Assembly (NCBI RefSeq): GCF_006345805.1
Contig: NW_021832418.1
Span: 1 to 64,000 of the forward strand
Direction: 5' to 3'
Length of the DNA: 64,000 nucleotides
Source: Octopus sinensis
Taxonomy: Eukaryota
Of this stretch, positions 47,170-60,978 are shown one piece after another (within the stretch, counting starts at the first letter, position 1; every line of letters begins with the position of its first letter). The translations under genes were made by a program, and so were the position numbers. The notes under the pieces were generated by a model. That model saw nothing but the letters and a program-made list of their open reading frames with translations, had not been told where the DNA came from and did not search any database.

Positions 47170-47576
47170 CTGTGTGTTTATTCATGTATTTGCGAGTTTA
47201 TTGTACGTGAATTTGTGTGGGTGTTTTCGTATGTATGCATTCATGTATGAACGTATGTATATGTGTGTGTGTCTAGTTACGTGTGTGTGCGTGTGTGTGT
47301 GTGTGTGTTTATGCGTGTTTGTGAGTTTAAGGTGTATATGTCCGAGTGTGTTTGTGTACAAATCTGGGCTTGTATGTCTGTGTCTTGACACATATGTGTG
47401 TTTGCCTGAGTGCGCGTGTTTGTGTATGTGTATGTGTGTGCAAGCGTGTGTCTGTACATGTCTATTCAAAACTTCTTGTATCATATATGTACGTCTGTAT
47501 ACATAGTTAACAGTTGTCTCTGAGAAGCAGAACCCGAATGGTTGTTCTTTAGCTGAGAGTATATATATGTATATGC

Positions 47577-47689
<113 letters not shown>

Positions 47690-47700
47690 TATTATCAATA

Positions 47701-47757
<57 letters not shown>

Positions 47758-47917
47758 TATAATTGCATATATATATAATATATATATATATAGTTATATA
47801 TATATAATATATTTATAATATATATATGTATATGCATATATATATGTATTATATATTTATATATATATCTGGTGTATGTGTGTATATATATACATATATA
47901 TATATGTATATATTTAC

Positions 47918-47959
<42 letters not shown>

Positions 47960-48347
47960 ATATGTGTGGTGTGTGGTGTGTGTGTGTGTATACACGTATA
48001 TATGTGATACAGACAGGCACACAGACACACACATTTGTTTACATGTGCATGTGTGTGCACGCTCGAACATGTGTGGATGTACTTTATGTACGATTCTATG
48101 TATATTGTCTACGAATTTATTGTTTGTGCTGTTCTTGTTACAATTTATTTGGAATGGTAATTATCTACAAACATTATCAGCAAATAAAAACACTATAGTC
48201 GCAGTTTATTTAGAGAAACATTCCCATACACAATCATGGACAAAGACACATAAATATATATGCATACACTCACGGACACACAGACACAAACACGGCGCGT
48301 ATATGTTTAATGCATATATATATCATGTGTATATATATATGTTTACG

Positions 48348-48382
<35 letters not shown>

Positions 48383-48756
48383 TATCATATATATATATAT
48401 ATATATAGATAGATATATATATATACATATCTATATATACATATATTATATATATATATATATTCATATACATATATGCCACACTTTCATCATACATCCA
48501 GTATGCCCCTCCCCCACTCATATGCATACATGTATATTAATTAGCGTACATAAGAACATGCATATGCATGTACATAGAGAGGTACGCTGAAAAACATAAT
48601 TATACAATACTATATACATGTATGTAACTATGTATGTATATATGTATGTATATGTATTTGTGTGTGTACATGTGCTTGTGTGTACATGGTGTGGTGTGGC
48701 TTTCCTTTCCTTCATCTCTGCTACCAATACGTATAGGAAGGCCCGTATAGTGCTAC

Positions 48757-48831
<75 letters not shown>

Positions 48832-48872
48832 CGTATATTCTATCTATCTATCTATCTATCTATATATATATA

Positions 48873-49278
48873 GGCGCAGGAGTGGCTGTGTGGTGTAAGT
48901 AGCTTGCTAACCAACCACATGGTTCCGGGTTCAGTCCCATTGCGTGGCATCTTGGGCAAGTGTCTTCTGCTATAGCCTAGGGCCGACCAAAGCCTTGTGA
49001 GTGGATTTGGTAGACGGAAACTGAAAGAAGCCCGTCGTATATATGTATATATATATATATATGCGTGTGTGTGTGTTTGTGTGTCTGTGTTTGTCCCCTA
49101 GCATTGCTGGTGTGTTTACGTCCCCGTTACTTAGCGGTTCGGCAAAAGAGACCGATAGAATAAGTACTGGGCTTACAAAAGAATAAGACCCGGGGTCGAG
49201 TTGCTCGATTAAAGGCGGTGCTCAAGCATGGCCGCAGTCAAATGACTGAAACAAGTGAAAGAGTAATGAGTAAAGAGT
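48873..49278 (+). mobile_element. SINE family B, full length (tRNA head, CORE-like domain, internal TA/GT tract, CR1-like tail)
   Basis: A-box tggctgtgtgg, B-box gggttcagtccc, CORE-like gtggcatcttgggcaagtgtctt, and tail ggcggtgctcaagcatggccgcagtcaaatgactgaaac. From memory it resembles octopus OR-type SINEs; unverified. Confidence 0.92.
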
Positions 49279-50138
49279 ATATATATATATATTATTTTAT
49301 TCTTTTACTTTTTACAGTCATATAATTGCGACAATATATATATATGTGTGTGTATGTGTGTGTATGTATATGTATATATATATATATATATATACACAGA
49401 TACATACGCGATTCCTTATTTGTGTATACATAAGCACTCACACACAGACGCACACTCATATGTATACATCGTTCAGATTCATGTACATATACACAAACGT
49501 GTACACATTAAAATCTATCAAACGGTTGATCGATCTGCCGGCTTGTCTGTTCATTCATATATTTCTCCATTCACACATTTGCATACACACATACACTCAC
49601 TCACCCATATATGAATACATACATACATACGTACATGTGTACATACATACATGCTTACTGGCATACACGCATAACTACATACATATATGTATACATACAT
49701 ACACACACACATACATGCATAGATGCATCCGTCCATTAATGCATATATGCATACTTACCGACATACATACATACTTACGCTTGCAAGACATACTTGCACA
49801 CACATACATTCACACACACACATTCAAACATATACATATGTACGTATGGAAGTATGTATATGAATATATATGTACATATGTATGTATGTAAGTATGAATA
49901 TACGCATGAACGTACATATGTATGTATGAAAATATGTATATACATATGTATGTAAGTATGTATATACGTAAGTGTATATATATATGTGTGTGAATATGTA
50001 TACACATGTTTGTAAGCATGTATGCCTGTACGTAAGTATGCATATGTTTGTATATAGATATGTATATATGTCTGTCAGCATGAATGTAAGTATGATGTAT
50101 GTTTATAAATATATGCATGTACATATGTAGGTATATAC

Positions 50139-50169
<31 letters not shown>

Positions 50170-51113
50170 TGTATGTATGTATGTATGTGTACGTTTGTAT
50201 ATGTATACATTTGTGTACATAAAGACACATGAATATATACAGACGGTGTTAATTAACCGATTTCTGTCTTAATCAGGTAAGTTTGGTCATTTATTTTTAA
50301 CGTCGACGTCGTCCCCTCCTCCAGTTTTCTTTTTCCCCCCACACCTCCTTCCCTCTCAACATCATCACTGTCATAATCACTACTAACACCGTCGCCATCA
50401 TCATCATCAGCATCAACATCATCGTCATCATCATCGGCGTCACCTCCTCCCCTCCTCCTTCCCTTCAACCTCCTCCTCCTCCACCTCCTCCTCCTCCACC
50501 TCCTCCTCCACCTCCTCCTCCACCTCCTCCCCTCCTCCTTCCCTTCAACCTCCTCCTCCTCCACATCCTCCTCCACCTCCTCTTCCACCTCCTCCTCCAC
50601 CTCCTCCTCCCCACCACCACCATCATCGTGGTCATCGTCGTCGTCACCATCATCATCATCCTCATCATCATCCTCATCATCATCCTCATCGTCGTCGTCG
50701 TCGTCGTCGTCATCGTTATCATCATCATCGTCATCACCATCATCGTCATCATAGCCACCATCATTCGGACTATTAGAAATATCCTCGAAATGCGCCGCAA
50801 ATCACAAACTACCGACATAGACGCATTAGACTGCTTACTAACAGCGCAATGAAGTTGAAAGATGATCACGGCTGGAGCGCCTATGATCATAAATCTATCA
50901 ATCAGAACTGATTTGGTGTATACATACATGCATATTTGCATGCATCTATATACTCACACGTATACATACATACATATATATAAATCTCTCTCTCTCTCTA
51001 TCGATCGATCTCAACACGTACTTTTTTTATGAAGACATTATATTTATAATTATATAATTACATTATAATATATAGTTTGCATGCATATGTGTTTTTAAAT
51101 GTATACATGTATA

Positions 51114-51180
<67 letters not shown>

Positions 51181-51185
<5 letters not shown>

Positions 51186-51334
51186 TTAAAGCAGCAGAAA
51201 ATTCAACAAACCTGTTACTCTGAGTTTCACGTTGCCGTTTTTCGGACAGTTTTTGCTAATAAGCATATTACTCTACCACTGGTATTTGAGTACTCTTTTT
51301 TCCACCTTGTTTCACATTTATGTGTTACTACCGG
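51181..51334. mobile_element. Penelope-like unit with a decayed minimal hammerhead (minus 51208-51254)
   Basis: Minus strand ctgt-CCGAAAA-acg gcaa cgt-GAAAC-tcaga-GUA-acag. Homologous to 60977-61124; (TA)n on both sides. Confidence 0.7.
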
Positions 51335-51340
51335 TATATA

Positions 51341-51380
<40 letters not shown>

Positions 51381-51425
51381 ATACCATATATATATATATG
51401 TACATATATATATAGTTATACATAA

Positions 51426-51466
<41 letters not shown>

Positions 51467-51646
51467 GTGCGTGTATATATATATATACCCACACGTTTAT
51501 CTCTCTCTCTCTTTCTCTCTCTATGGTGGTTGTCTGCTCCTTATGCAGAATCTGACCACCTTTTGTACTTATACCTTAGATCCTTCATGGCGTCTCATGT
51601 GGCTTTTGAAACGAGAGAATGTATTGAAAAGACACCCTTCCCCACC

Positions 51647-51684
<38 letters not shown>

Positions 51685-51798
51685 CTATCTACCCATATAT
51701 CATTCAGACAGTATTTTCTTTTGGGTCTTAACTCTAGATTTTACTGTGCCACTCTATTCTTCTATATTGTAATTACTATAATTACGTATGTATAATTT

Positions 51799-51870
<72 letters not shown>

Positions 51871-52199
51871 CACACACATACACACACACATATGTGATAT
51901 ATATATATATGTGATATATAATCCCATGTCTAATTCTGTGTGTCTGTACATTTCTTATGATTAGCCGTATACGCTGCTTTTAGCTAGCAATGTGGTAAGA
52001 TGAATTGTTTCAGTGTATTTAGAAACCTATAAACCTATTATGAGACCTTTAACTGACTAGTTAGGTCTTACGCTTCAGGAAACCACCTAGAAGAAAACAG
52101 GATACTGGGACTGCATCCATTTATGCATTTCGAAATGCAAGTAGGACAAAAGGTCAAGCAAAATGTATTATTAGCATAATTGGTAGAGCATTGTATAGT

Positions 52200-52995
52200 G
52201 TGCATAGCATTATCTGTTTCGGTTCACTACGTTCTGCGTTGAAATACTGCCGAGAGCAACTTTGTCCTCTTATCATTTTAGGCTCGATAAAATAAAAAAA
52301 AACCCCATTTAAGTTCGTCGTTCAATGCATCGGCTACGTCCCATCACAACACAAAATTACGGGCATTTCCCTTAAATTCGAAACAGTATCATAAACACGT
52401 CTGTCTTAAATTTCGTGGCGGTGGAGCGATGGAATCGATTAAGCGTCAAACAAAATGCTATTGGGTATTTTGTTCCAGGTCAGTGTTGGCTCCGTATACG
52501 CCGGGGTCATCTTTGCCCTTAATTTCTGATTTGACAAAGCAAGAGTTTCTAGTAGCAGCATAAGGGAAAAATTTCAAGGGAGAAGATTGAGGTCAATGAT
52601 CGCTACACATGACTGGTACATCGACCCTGTAACGGGTGAAAGGTTAAAGTTTCAGGGTGATTCGAACTCAGAAGGTAGAGAGCCGGAACAAACATCGGAA
52701 GGCAGTTTGTTCAGCTCTTTATAAGTTCTTTATAAGTTCTTCTAAGTCAATACTACAAATAAAAATGGTTTCAAATTTTAGAGCAAGGCGGGTGAATTTG
52801 AGAGGAGGGAATCATTTGATACCAGCGACCTCAGTACTTGTCTTGTACTTGTCTGGTACTTTTATTTTATCAACTCCGAAAAAGATAAAAGACAAGGTTG
52901 ATCCTGGCGGTTTTTCGTCGGGAAAAAAATATCGTAAATAGCCGAAAGGAATGCCGCAAACTATTTTGTCAAACGCTTTACCAATTCTGTCAGTT
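52200..52995. mobile_element. Cluster of old, diverged family A-like SINE fragments in both orientations
   Basis: Plus: 52200-52300 and 52400-52520. Minus: 52600-52720 and 52770-52995. Recognisable B-box and central-domain remnants. Confidence 0.55.
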
Positions 52996-53077
52996 CAAAT
53001 GCAAAACCTTATCTCCTCTTGATGACTCAGGTTTTAGACTTGGGTGCAACTTGTATAAATTAAAGCAAAACCAAAAC

Positions 53078-53078
<1 letters not shown>

Positions 53079-53115
<37 letters not shown>

Positions 53116-53247
53116 TATAACAACAATAATAATAATAATGATAATAATAATAATAATAATAATAATAATATAATAATAATAATATATAACAACATATAAT
53201 AATAATGATAATAATAATAATAATAATATAATAATAATAATGATACT

Positions 53248-53282
<35 letters not shown>

Positions 53283-53330
53283 TAATAAAAATAATAATAA
53301 TAATAATTATACACACTAATAATAATAATG

Positions 53331-53366
<36 letters not shown>

Positions 53367-53371
53367 TAACT

Positions 53372-53422
<51 letters not shown>

Positions 53423-53447
53423 TATAACAACAATAATAATAATAATG

Positions 53448-53493
<46 letters not shown>

Positions 53494-53498
53494 TAACT

Positions 53499-53550
<52 letters not shown>
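53079..53550. repeat. (AAT)n tract
   Basis: Read directly from the sequence. Confidence 0.95.
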
Positions 53551-53551
<1 letters not shown>

Positions 53552-53564
53552 GAATATAATAATC

Positions 53565-53697
53565 CTTTCTACTAATGGCACAAGGCCTGAAATTTAGGGG
53601 AAGACGACTATCCGACTACATCGACTCTAGTGCGTAACTGGTACTTATTTTATTGACTTCGAAAGGATGAAAGGCAAAGTCAACCTCGGCGAAATTT
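53565..53697 (-). mobile_element. SINE family A-related fragment
   Basis: cgaaaggatgaaaggcaaagtcaacctcggcg is the reverse complement of the central domain. Confidence 0.8.
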
Positions 53698-53699
53698 GC

Positions 53700-54057
53700 T
53701 GAAGAAGATGAAGAAGATGAAGAAGATGAAGAAGAAGATGAAGAAGATGAAGAAGATGAAGAAGATGAAGAAGATGAAGAAGAAGATGAAGAAGAAGATG
53801 AAGAAGATGAAGAAGAAAAGAAGAAGAAGAAAAAGAAGAAAGCGGAGAAGAAGAAGAAGAAGAAGAAAAAGAAGAAGAAGAAAAAGAAGAAGAAGAAAAG
53901 AAGAAGAAGAAGAAGAAGAAAAAGAAGAAAGCGGAGAAGAAGAAGAAGAAGAAAAGAAAAAGAAGAAGAAGAAAAAGAAGAAGAAGAAAAAGAAGAAGAA
54001 GAAGAAGAAGAAGAAGAAGAAGAAGAAGAAGAAGAAGAAGAAGAAGAAGAAGAAGAA
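53700..54057. repeat. (GAA)n-based polypurine tract
   Basis: (AAGAAGATG)n grading into AAGAAA variants and then pure (AAG)n. Confidence 0.95.
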
Positions 54058-55047
54058 TGATAAAATTATACGAAATCATAAGTACTTTTCAATGAAAACC
54101 ATTTGATTCCCCACATATGTATTCTTTGCTTTTCCTTCAAAATATTATAATTCAATACTAAAATATTTTTAACATATTCGTTATACCATAAGTATTTTTA
54201 AAAACTATCGTTTAAATCTAAATAACGAAGAATGTGATAAAGGGTACAAGATAAACAAATATAAAGAAGCAGGGCGCAAAAGAATAAAAGTAAAACTAAA
54301 ACAATACCAAAAAAATGGAAAACACAACAAAAGATGACATACCTGATGTGTTCGTGTGCGCCACATAGTAACTGTTTTCCTGGAAAGAACTCTCTATATA
54401 CCATTAACTCTCTCTCTCTCTATGATTCTTTCAATATTTCCCTGTGATTCTCTATCATTTAGTTTTTCATAAATCCTCAATCTCGTACTCATACTGTCTC
54501 GTTCTTATAATATCGCAGAAAGTAAGAAGATAGAAAGACAATTCAGATCTTACCAAATATACCCACCTCCACAAAACAGTGAAAAGGGGAAAAAACAAAC
54601 AAACAAACAAATAAACAAAGACCAAAAATATGCAACGAAAAATAAATAAGAGCAACATAATCACTGAAATCCAACATTAAAAACAACAACAAAAACAAAC
54701 GAAACAAAACGGGACCAGCAAAGATGAAAGACGGGAAAATGGCAGCTGCAATTGGTTGATTCTGGACTTTGCAATTGATGAAGTTAGACAAGAATACTGG
54801 AGGGTGGGATGTCTTTATGCAAAAGTCCAGATGGATAAATACGTACCCAGCTACCTACCTACCTACCTACCTACCTACCTACTTATGTATAATTAAATAG
54901 ATAGAAACTAGGATTTATACTTTCTGGAGACAAAACAACAAACGTGCATATGTGTACATAAAGTACGAGTATATGTGCATGTATGAATGAATGTATATAC
55001 GTACGTGTGCATGTGTGTGTGTGTGTGTACCTTAATATTCTTGTGTT

Positions 55048-55079
<32 letters not shown>

Positions 55080-55094
55080 TTCTTCTATACATTT

Positions 55095-55282
55095 TACTTG
55101 TTTCAGTCATTTGACTGTGGCCATGCTGGTGCACCGCTTTTAGTCGAACAAATCAATTCCAGGACTTATTCTTTGTTAGCCTAGTACTTATTCTTATCAG
55201 TCTCTTTTCCGAACCGTCAAGTTACGGGGACGTAAACACACCAACATCGGTTGTCAAGCGATGGTGGCGGAACAACAGAGAC

Positions 55283-55285
<3 letters not shown>
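55095..55285 (-). mobile_element. SINE family B 3' half
   Basis: Reverse complement of 49085-49260. Confidence 0.9.
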
Positions 55286-55353
<68 letters not shown>

Positions 55354-55359
55354 ATTATA

Positions 55360-55399
<40 letters not shown>

Positions 55400-56459
55400 A
55401 TATATATATATATACTTACAAGGAGAGCATAAGGTATACGTACGCCGCTGTGGTGTATATATAATCCCAAAAACCGGAATAAGAGCGTAACGGACGACAA
55501 TGAAAACATACGGACAGATGGACGATACAAAGACGGAGAGGAAAAACCAGGACTGATCACTTCTGACCCTCTATTCAACAGTCAAGCTACCAATTATCAT
55601 TACAGTTTCCGCCTGTTACGCATGAAACAGTTCAAAATTGCTAGGCACCGTTGTATATATGTATTTCTTTGTACAGAAATACATATATACATATATACAA
55701 AAATACGGGCATAGATATAAGTATATAATATGTGTGTGTGTGTGTATGCCGTTGCGTGTGTGTGTTTATGCCTGTGTATGTGTATGCGTATATGTGCGTG
55801 CACACATACTCGCATAAAAATATTCATTAGAAATAATCTGAGCACAACACACACACGTACCCCCCTACACGCATGCATTCACGCACACACGCGCGCTTGC
55901 ACATGCACATGCACACACACACACACATCTATCCATGCATACAAATGAGAGAAATATGTGTATAGAAAAGGGAAGAAAATTATAGTAACTGGTTTTATAT
56001 CGGATCCAATTTCTGAATTCTTTAACATTGATTTGTTCGTGTATTGAATTTCTTCAAAGATTCTAGCTCTCCTGCAACCACTATCTGTTCTAAATGGCAA
56101 ATACTCTGAGTTTCTTGTCATGTGAGATTGTGTATGGCAGAGTGTTGATGCATATGGTTGCATATGGTTGAGTGTAGTAGTGTGTATGTGAGTGTGTGTG
56201 TCTGTGTGTTTTATATGTCTATGCATGTTTGTGCTCACGTCTGTGTGCGTGTATGTGTATGTGTGCGTGTGTGTGGGTGTGTGTACGTGGGTCAGCATGC
56301 ATGTGTGCGAGAGAGTGAGAAGGAGAGAAAGATAAAGAGAGAGAGAGAGAGAGAGCCGATTGTATGCATAGGTATGAAGCTGCAGATGTATGTATAAGGG
56401 TTTGCATACATATACATACATAAATATATATACATGTATGCATACATACATACATAGCC

Positions 56460-57056
56460 GCTTATAATAAAAAGTAGTACAGGTGGAATGTTCCAGTGAA
56501 GACCTTAATAAAACGTAAGCACAATAGACCTGATATAATGATTTGGGATTGAAAAGAGAAACTGTGCACAACTGTGGAAATTAGCTGCCCAACTGATGTT
56601 AACATAAAGCTGGAGGTCAGTAAAAAAGAGAATACCTGCGCTGAACTATTGACAAATCTGAAAATACACTATCCAGATTACAAGTTCAGGTTTATACATG
56701 TAAATTGTTGGGGTTCTGGGATATGTAGCACACTGCCTAAATACTAATCTAGAGACATTAGGCTTCTCAAAACCAGAAAGCAATTTCGAAGACTACAGTT
56801 CCAATCTATCACTGGGACTGTAAAATTCTGTAAAACTTTCCAGAAGTTTATCACTTAAATATATATGAGTATGTGTAGATATGCAACTATATGTATGAGC
56901 ATACATAGATAAAGCAAATCTACACATATACATGCATATATACAAGCAAAAATGCCCTGTTGTTGATGTTGAAATTCCAATGAAAGAGCCTTGAATCTAG
57001 GTTAGAAACCGGTTCTTTCTCTATTGGAAAGAAATCTTGAAATAAAACTGAACAAT
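56460..57056 (+). mobile_element. R4/Dong-clade LINE 3' end (RLE domain plus 3' UTR)
   Basis: KRKHNRPDIMIWD..VEISCPTDVNI..YPDYKFRF..GVLGY..GTVKFCKTF; flanked by (ACAT)n. Confidence 0.85.
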
Positions 57057-57081
57057 ACTTACATACATGCATACAAACATA

Positions 57082-57180
57082 CGTACATGCAAACTTTCGG
57101 CTTCGTACCTCTTATTATTGGAGCAACAAAATATATACCAGCCCGTCTGTACGCGGACAATTCTCAAATTAAAAGGAGAA
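57082..57180 (+). mobile_element. Small R4/Dong-clade RLE fragment
   Basis: FGFVPLIIGATKYIP resembles FIPIIIGALGFV of the neighbouring copies; lies between ACAT/TA tracts. Confidence 0.5.
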
Positions 57181-57292
57181 AGAGAACATACATATATATA
57201 TATATATACATACATGCATACATACATACATACATGCACACATGCATGCATACATACATACATACATACATACATACATACATACATACATA

Positions 57293-58447
57293 CTACTCTA
57301 CCTAAGAGGAAATAAAGGTGGTAGAGGCCTGAGATCAGTGCAGATGGCCTTTGAATGCCGTATGGTATCACTCAGGCAGCATCTGGTAAACAACAGCATC
57401 AAATATATATATATATATATATATATATAATGCAATGCTGAAAAGTGCAGTAAACTCCTTAAGAAAAACTCACTTCTTGATGATCTACACAGCCCCAAAA
57501 CAGCTGGGGTCCCTTACCTCAGAGAAGACCTTGATGGAAAGCATTCAGTATACAAAAAAGAAAAAAAAAAGACCATGCATGGGTATGTTGCCCGGAAATT
57601 TGAGAAGACAGTAGAACTGACACGAAGAGCAGCCTCTCTTAGACACAAGAGCACTACATCACATCACACTTTGAAGGCTATGCGTTTGCAATCCACGAAC
57701 AGAAGATTACCTGGTGTACAAGCGAGACAGTGATGCGCTTGTAATCCCAAGGTGCAATAGCAAGTGTAGACTATGTCATGTTTCTGTGGAAGACATCACG
57801 CGTATGATTAGCAGCTGCCCTAAAATGTCGTCTGGCACTACCTACCTTTGCGGCACGATGTTGTTGCTAAAACAATTTACAACGGCGTCCGCAAAAAGAG
57901 TTCTGAAATAAACTTAGAAAATAAATCTCTCTGTTATGGAACACATTCATAAGCATCAACTCAAGGAATGCTGGTGGAATATTTCCATCAAAACTTCTCT
58001 CAAATGTAGGCATAACAAACCGGATATTGTTGTTTGGGACAGAGGGGCAAATGTATGTACTACCACAGAGGTTACCTGCCCTGCAGATATTAATATCTCT
58101 TTTAAAATCAAAGAAAAAGAGGATATCTACGGACAACTGCTTCGAAACCTCCAGCTTCTATATCCAGACTATGAATTCATATTCATACTAATAATAATTG
58201 GAGCACTAGGTTTTGTTAGTAAATGCTTAAAGGGAAATCTGAATAAACTGGGATTTTCAGAAAGAGAAACTGATCGGCTGATCCGTACATTACAAGTCCA
58301 ATCTGTGAGTGGAACATAAAAAACATGTAAGACTTTTCTCAAGCTCCAAATGTGAATTTGTTTGTGTTAAGTACATCCCAAAGATGGGGCCTTGTAACTT
58401 TGTTGGAAACTGATTCCCTCCTCAGTGGAAGATTTATAATTAAAAAA
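57293..58447 (+). mobile_element. R4/Dong-clade LINE 3' 1.1 kb (zinc knuckle, RLE, 3' UTR)
   Basis: GGRGLRSVQ, CRLCHVSVEDIT..SSC, RHDVVAK, HNKPDIVVWD..EVTCPAD.N..KE and IIGALG motifs; preceded and followed by (ACAT)n. Confidence 0.9.
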
Positions 58448-58551
58448 TACATATATATAAACATACATACATACATACATGCATACATACATACAGACAG
58501 ACAGACAGAGAGACAGACATACATACAGACAGACAGACATATACACTTAGG

Positions 58552-58975
58552 ACGGATATTGTTTTTGGGACTGAAAAGAAAAATCATGTACGTCAGCTGT
58601 CCTCCTGATGTGAATATTGCTTCGAAAATCAAGGAGAAAGAGGATAACCACAGACAAATGCTTCAAAACCTCCATTTTCTAGATCCAGATTATAAATTCA
58701 CATTTATACGAATAATAATTGACGCTTTTGATTTTGCAAATAAATGCCTAATTGACAATCAGTATAAGCTGGGATTTCCGAAAGAGAAATCAACCAACAA
58801 AATCACACGTTGCAAATACAATCTATAAGGAGAACAGTAAAAATATGGAAAACTTTTCTCAAGTTTAAAATGTGAAATTGGTTTTTACCTATATTTTATC
58901 GATGGAGCATTGTAGATTTGTCAGAATCCAGCTCCATTGTTTACAGATAGATTACAAATTAAAAATAAAAGAGAA
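58552..58975 (+). mobile_element. R4/Dong-clade LINE 3' end
   Basis: VSCPPDVNIASKIKEKEDN..PDYKFTFI..KTFLKFKM; ends aattaaaaataaaag..(acat). Confidence 0.85.
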
Positions 58976-59011
58976 CACACATACATATATACATTCATAT
59001 AAATATATAAA

Positions 59012-59042
<31 letters not shown>

Positions 59043-59044
59043 TA

Positions 59045-59248
59045 TGTGACCTCGTGTGTACTGTTGGCGATTTTTTTTCCTCTGTCTTCCCTTCCCTGGA
59101 TCTTTCCTTCTCCTATGTTTTCGACGAAGAGCTCCGCTCGAAACGTTAAACCCTCCTTCTTCCCTTCTTTCCGGAGCGTCCAATAATACTATATTTGTTC
59201 CACGTCCTCGCGTTGTTGTGTTTTTTATGTTTTCTTGTTTGTATTAAC
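59045..59248 (+). mobile_element. Penelope-like unit with a minimal hammerhead (59117-59151)
   Basis: gttt-UCGACGA-a-gagc tcc gctc-GAAAC-GUU-aaac. Palindromic loopless stem III; C3 is changed. (TA)n on both sides. Confidence 0.65.
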
Positions 59249-59279
59249 TTTATATATATATATATATATATATATCAGT

Positions 59280-59980
59280 TATGAATTAGAAAAATGGAGT
59301 TAACGCAGGTGTACTCAAATATTTTTACTTTCGACATATGTTTCGAAAATTCCACTGATACTATTCAAAAGAATAAATGGTATAAACAATGCAATCTTCT
59401 CCTCAGGAAAGTGAAAAAAACGAAACTCGTCAATAAGACATTTTTGCAAAAAATTATGGATTTGTATAGCGATAGACAGAACGCTATTAATATTGTTTAA
59501 AAAAATGTTATATGATATAACGTCATAAGTAGCTAACAGAAAGAGTAGGGATATTAATAGTGAATGTTAAATATAAAGGAAATTAAAGTTTAAATTATAT
59601 ATAATGATAGAGACTACTTATATGCACTAAATGTATGTTTTTGCCAATGCTTACATCTGTATGCTCGCTCTATAACCGTGTTTACTAGAGTATTTTTAGA
59701 AAAAATAATGTAAATTAGCTCAGAATTGCAGAGAAGACAGAATTTCTTGCCTTTGTCATATGGTATCGAAATTGAGAGAATCAACCATTCTAAATGAAAT
59801 TGTTCATTGTGGTCTTTTAAATCCCAAATCAGTTTGCTGAGACCGGTACTATTCCGTTTATTTCTATCCCTAAATGTTGATAATGGATAGAAATTATTTA
59901 GATAACTCTAACGATGTGCTTCCAATGTAAAATCGTACTTTATTACGAGTACTGATTATACACTGGTATATAGAATTTTT
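59280..59980 (-). mobile_element. Penelope-like element 3' portion with GIY-YIG endonuclease remnant (59977-59614)
   Basis: IYQC..FYIGST..(frameshift)..STFRDRNKRNSTGLSKLIWDLKD..W.I..PYDKGKKFCLLCNSE..VN..E..RCKH. The downstream UTR has GAAACAUAUGUC at 59344-59333. Confidence 0.88.
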
Positions 59981-60046
59981 AATCTTAGAGTTACTTGACA
60001 TATTTTTTTCCGTGTTAATTGTTAACAAGGTAAAAATACACTCATC

Positions 60047-60105
<59 letters not shown>

Positions 60106-60380
60106 GTATGTGTGCATATATATATTATATATATATATATATATTATATATCTATTATATATATAATTTTAAATTGATGCAATGACTGCATTGTTCAATT
60201 AAATGAATTTGCATAAACGATCGTACTGCATTATCTCTGGATATCCTTGTTGGCTATTTTGGTTTTAATCACATTACTTTGAAGTTGTATGGATAATATC
60301 GTACTAAATTCTGGTGCCTCAACTTAAGTATCATATTCATCTTAATTTAAATTTTTGCTGAACTCATCTATCACACCACA

Positions 60381-60446
<66 letters not shown>

Positions 60447-60750
60447 CTATATATATATATAATATATATATTATATTGCTGAACTGTCTCTCCTTTTCAG
60501 TTTCAACACTACATAATCTGTCTTAGCAAAACCAGCCCAACAATCGCCTATGACGTCATGAATGGTTTTCTCATGTACCTGCCCTGTCCCATCTAAGTTT
60601 TTCAGTCCTCATCCTCCTCCGTTCTTGTCGTTGTCGTTGCCGTTAGTACCATCAACTTCAGCATCAGCAGCATACGCTACATCATTGCTAACGTAACCCC
60701 CAACAACAAACAACAACACCGGTCACAACAGCAACATCAACAACAACAGT

Positions 60751-60785
<35 letters not shown>

Positions 60786-60942
60786 ATAGTAATAATAATA
60801 ATAATAATAGTAATAATAATAATAATAATGGCCATCATTTTGAGCATTGTCATCAACATGATAATCAAATACATACTTACGCTCACATTTATACCCAAAT
60901 GTATATACATGCATACATAATACATACATACATACATACACA

Positions 60943-60976
<34 letters not shown>

Positions 60977-60978
<2 letters not shown>

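Noticed and set aside
53645-54106. Lys/Glu/Arg-rich 136-aa ORF
   Set aside because: Translation of the GAA repeat.
54761-54831. Pre-miRNA-like hairpin (tctggactttgca / tgcaaaagtccaga)
   Set aside because: Only about 13 bp pair, with a large asymmetric interior and no match to conserved miRNAs I know.
55601-55632. Minus-strand GAAACUGUA with an upstream hairpin
   Set aside because: The core reads CUGUUUC, too decayed to call. It may be an old Penelope-like end, but I cannot support that.
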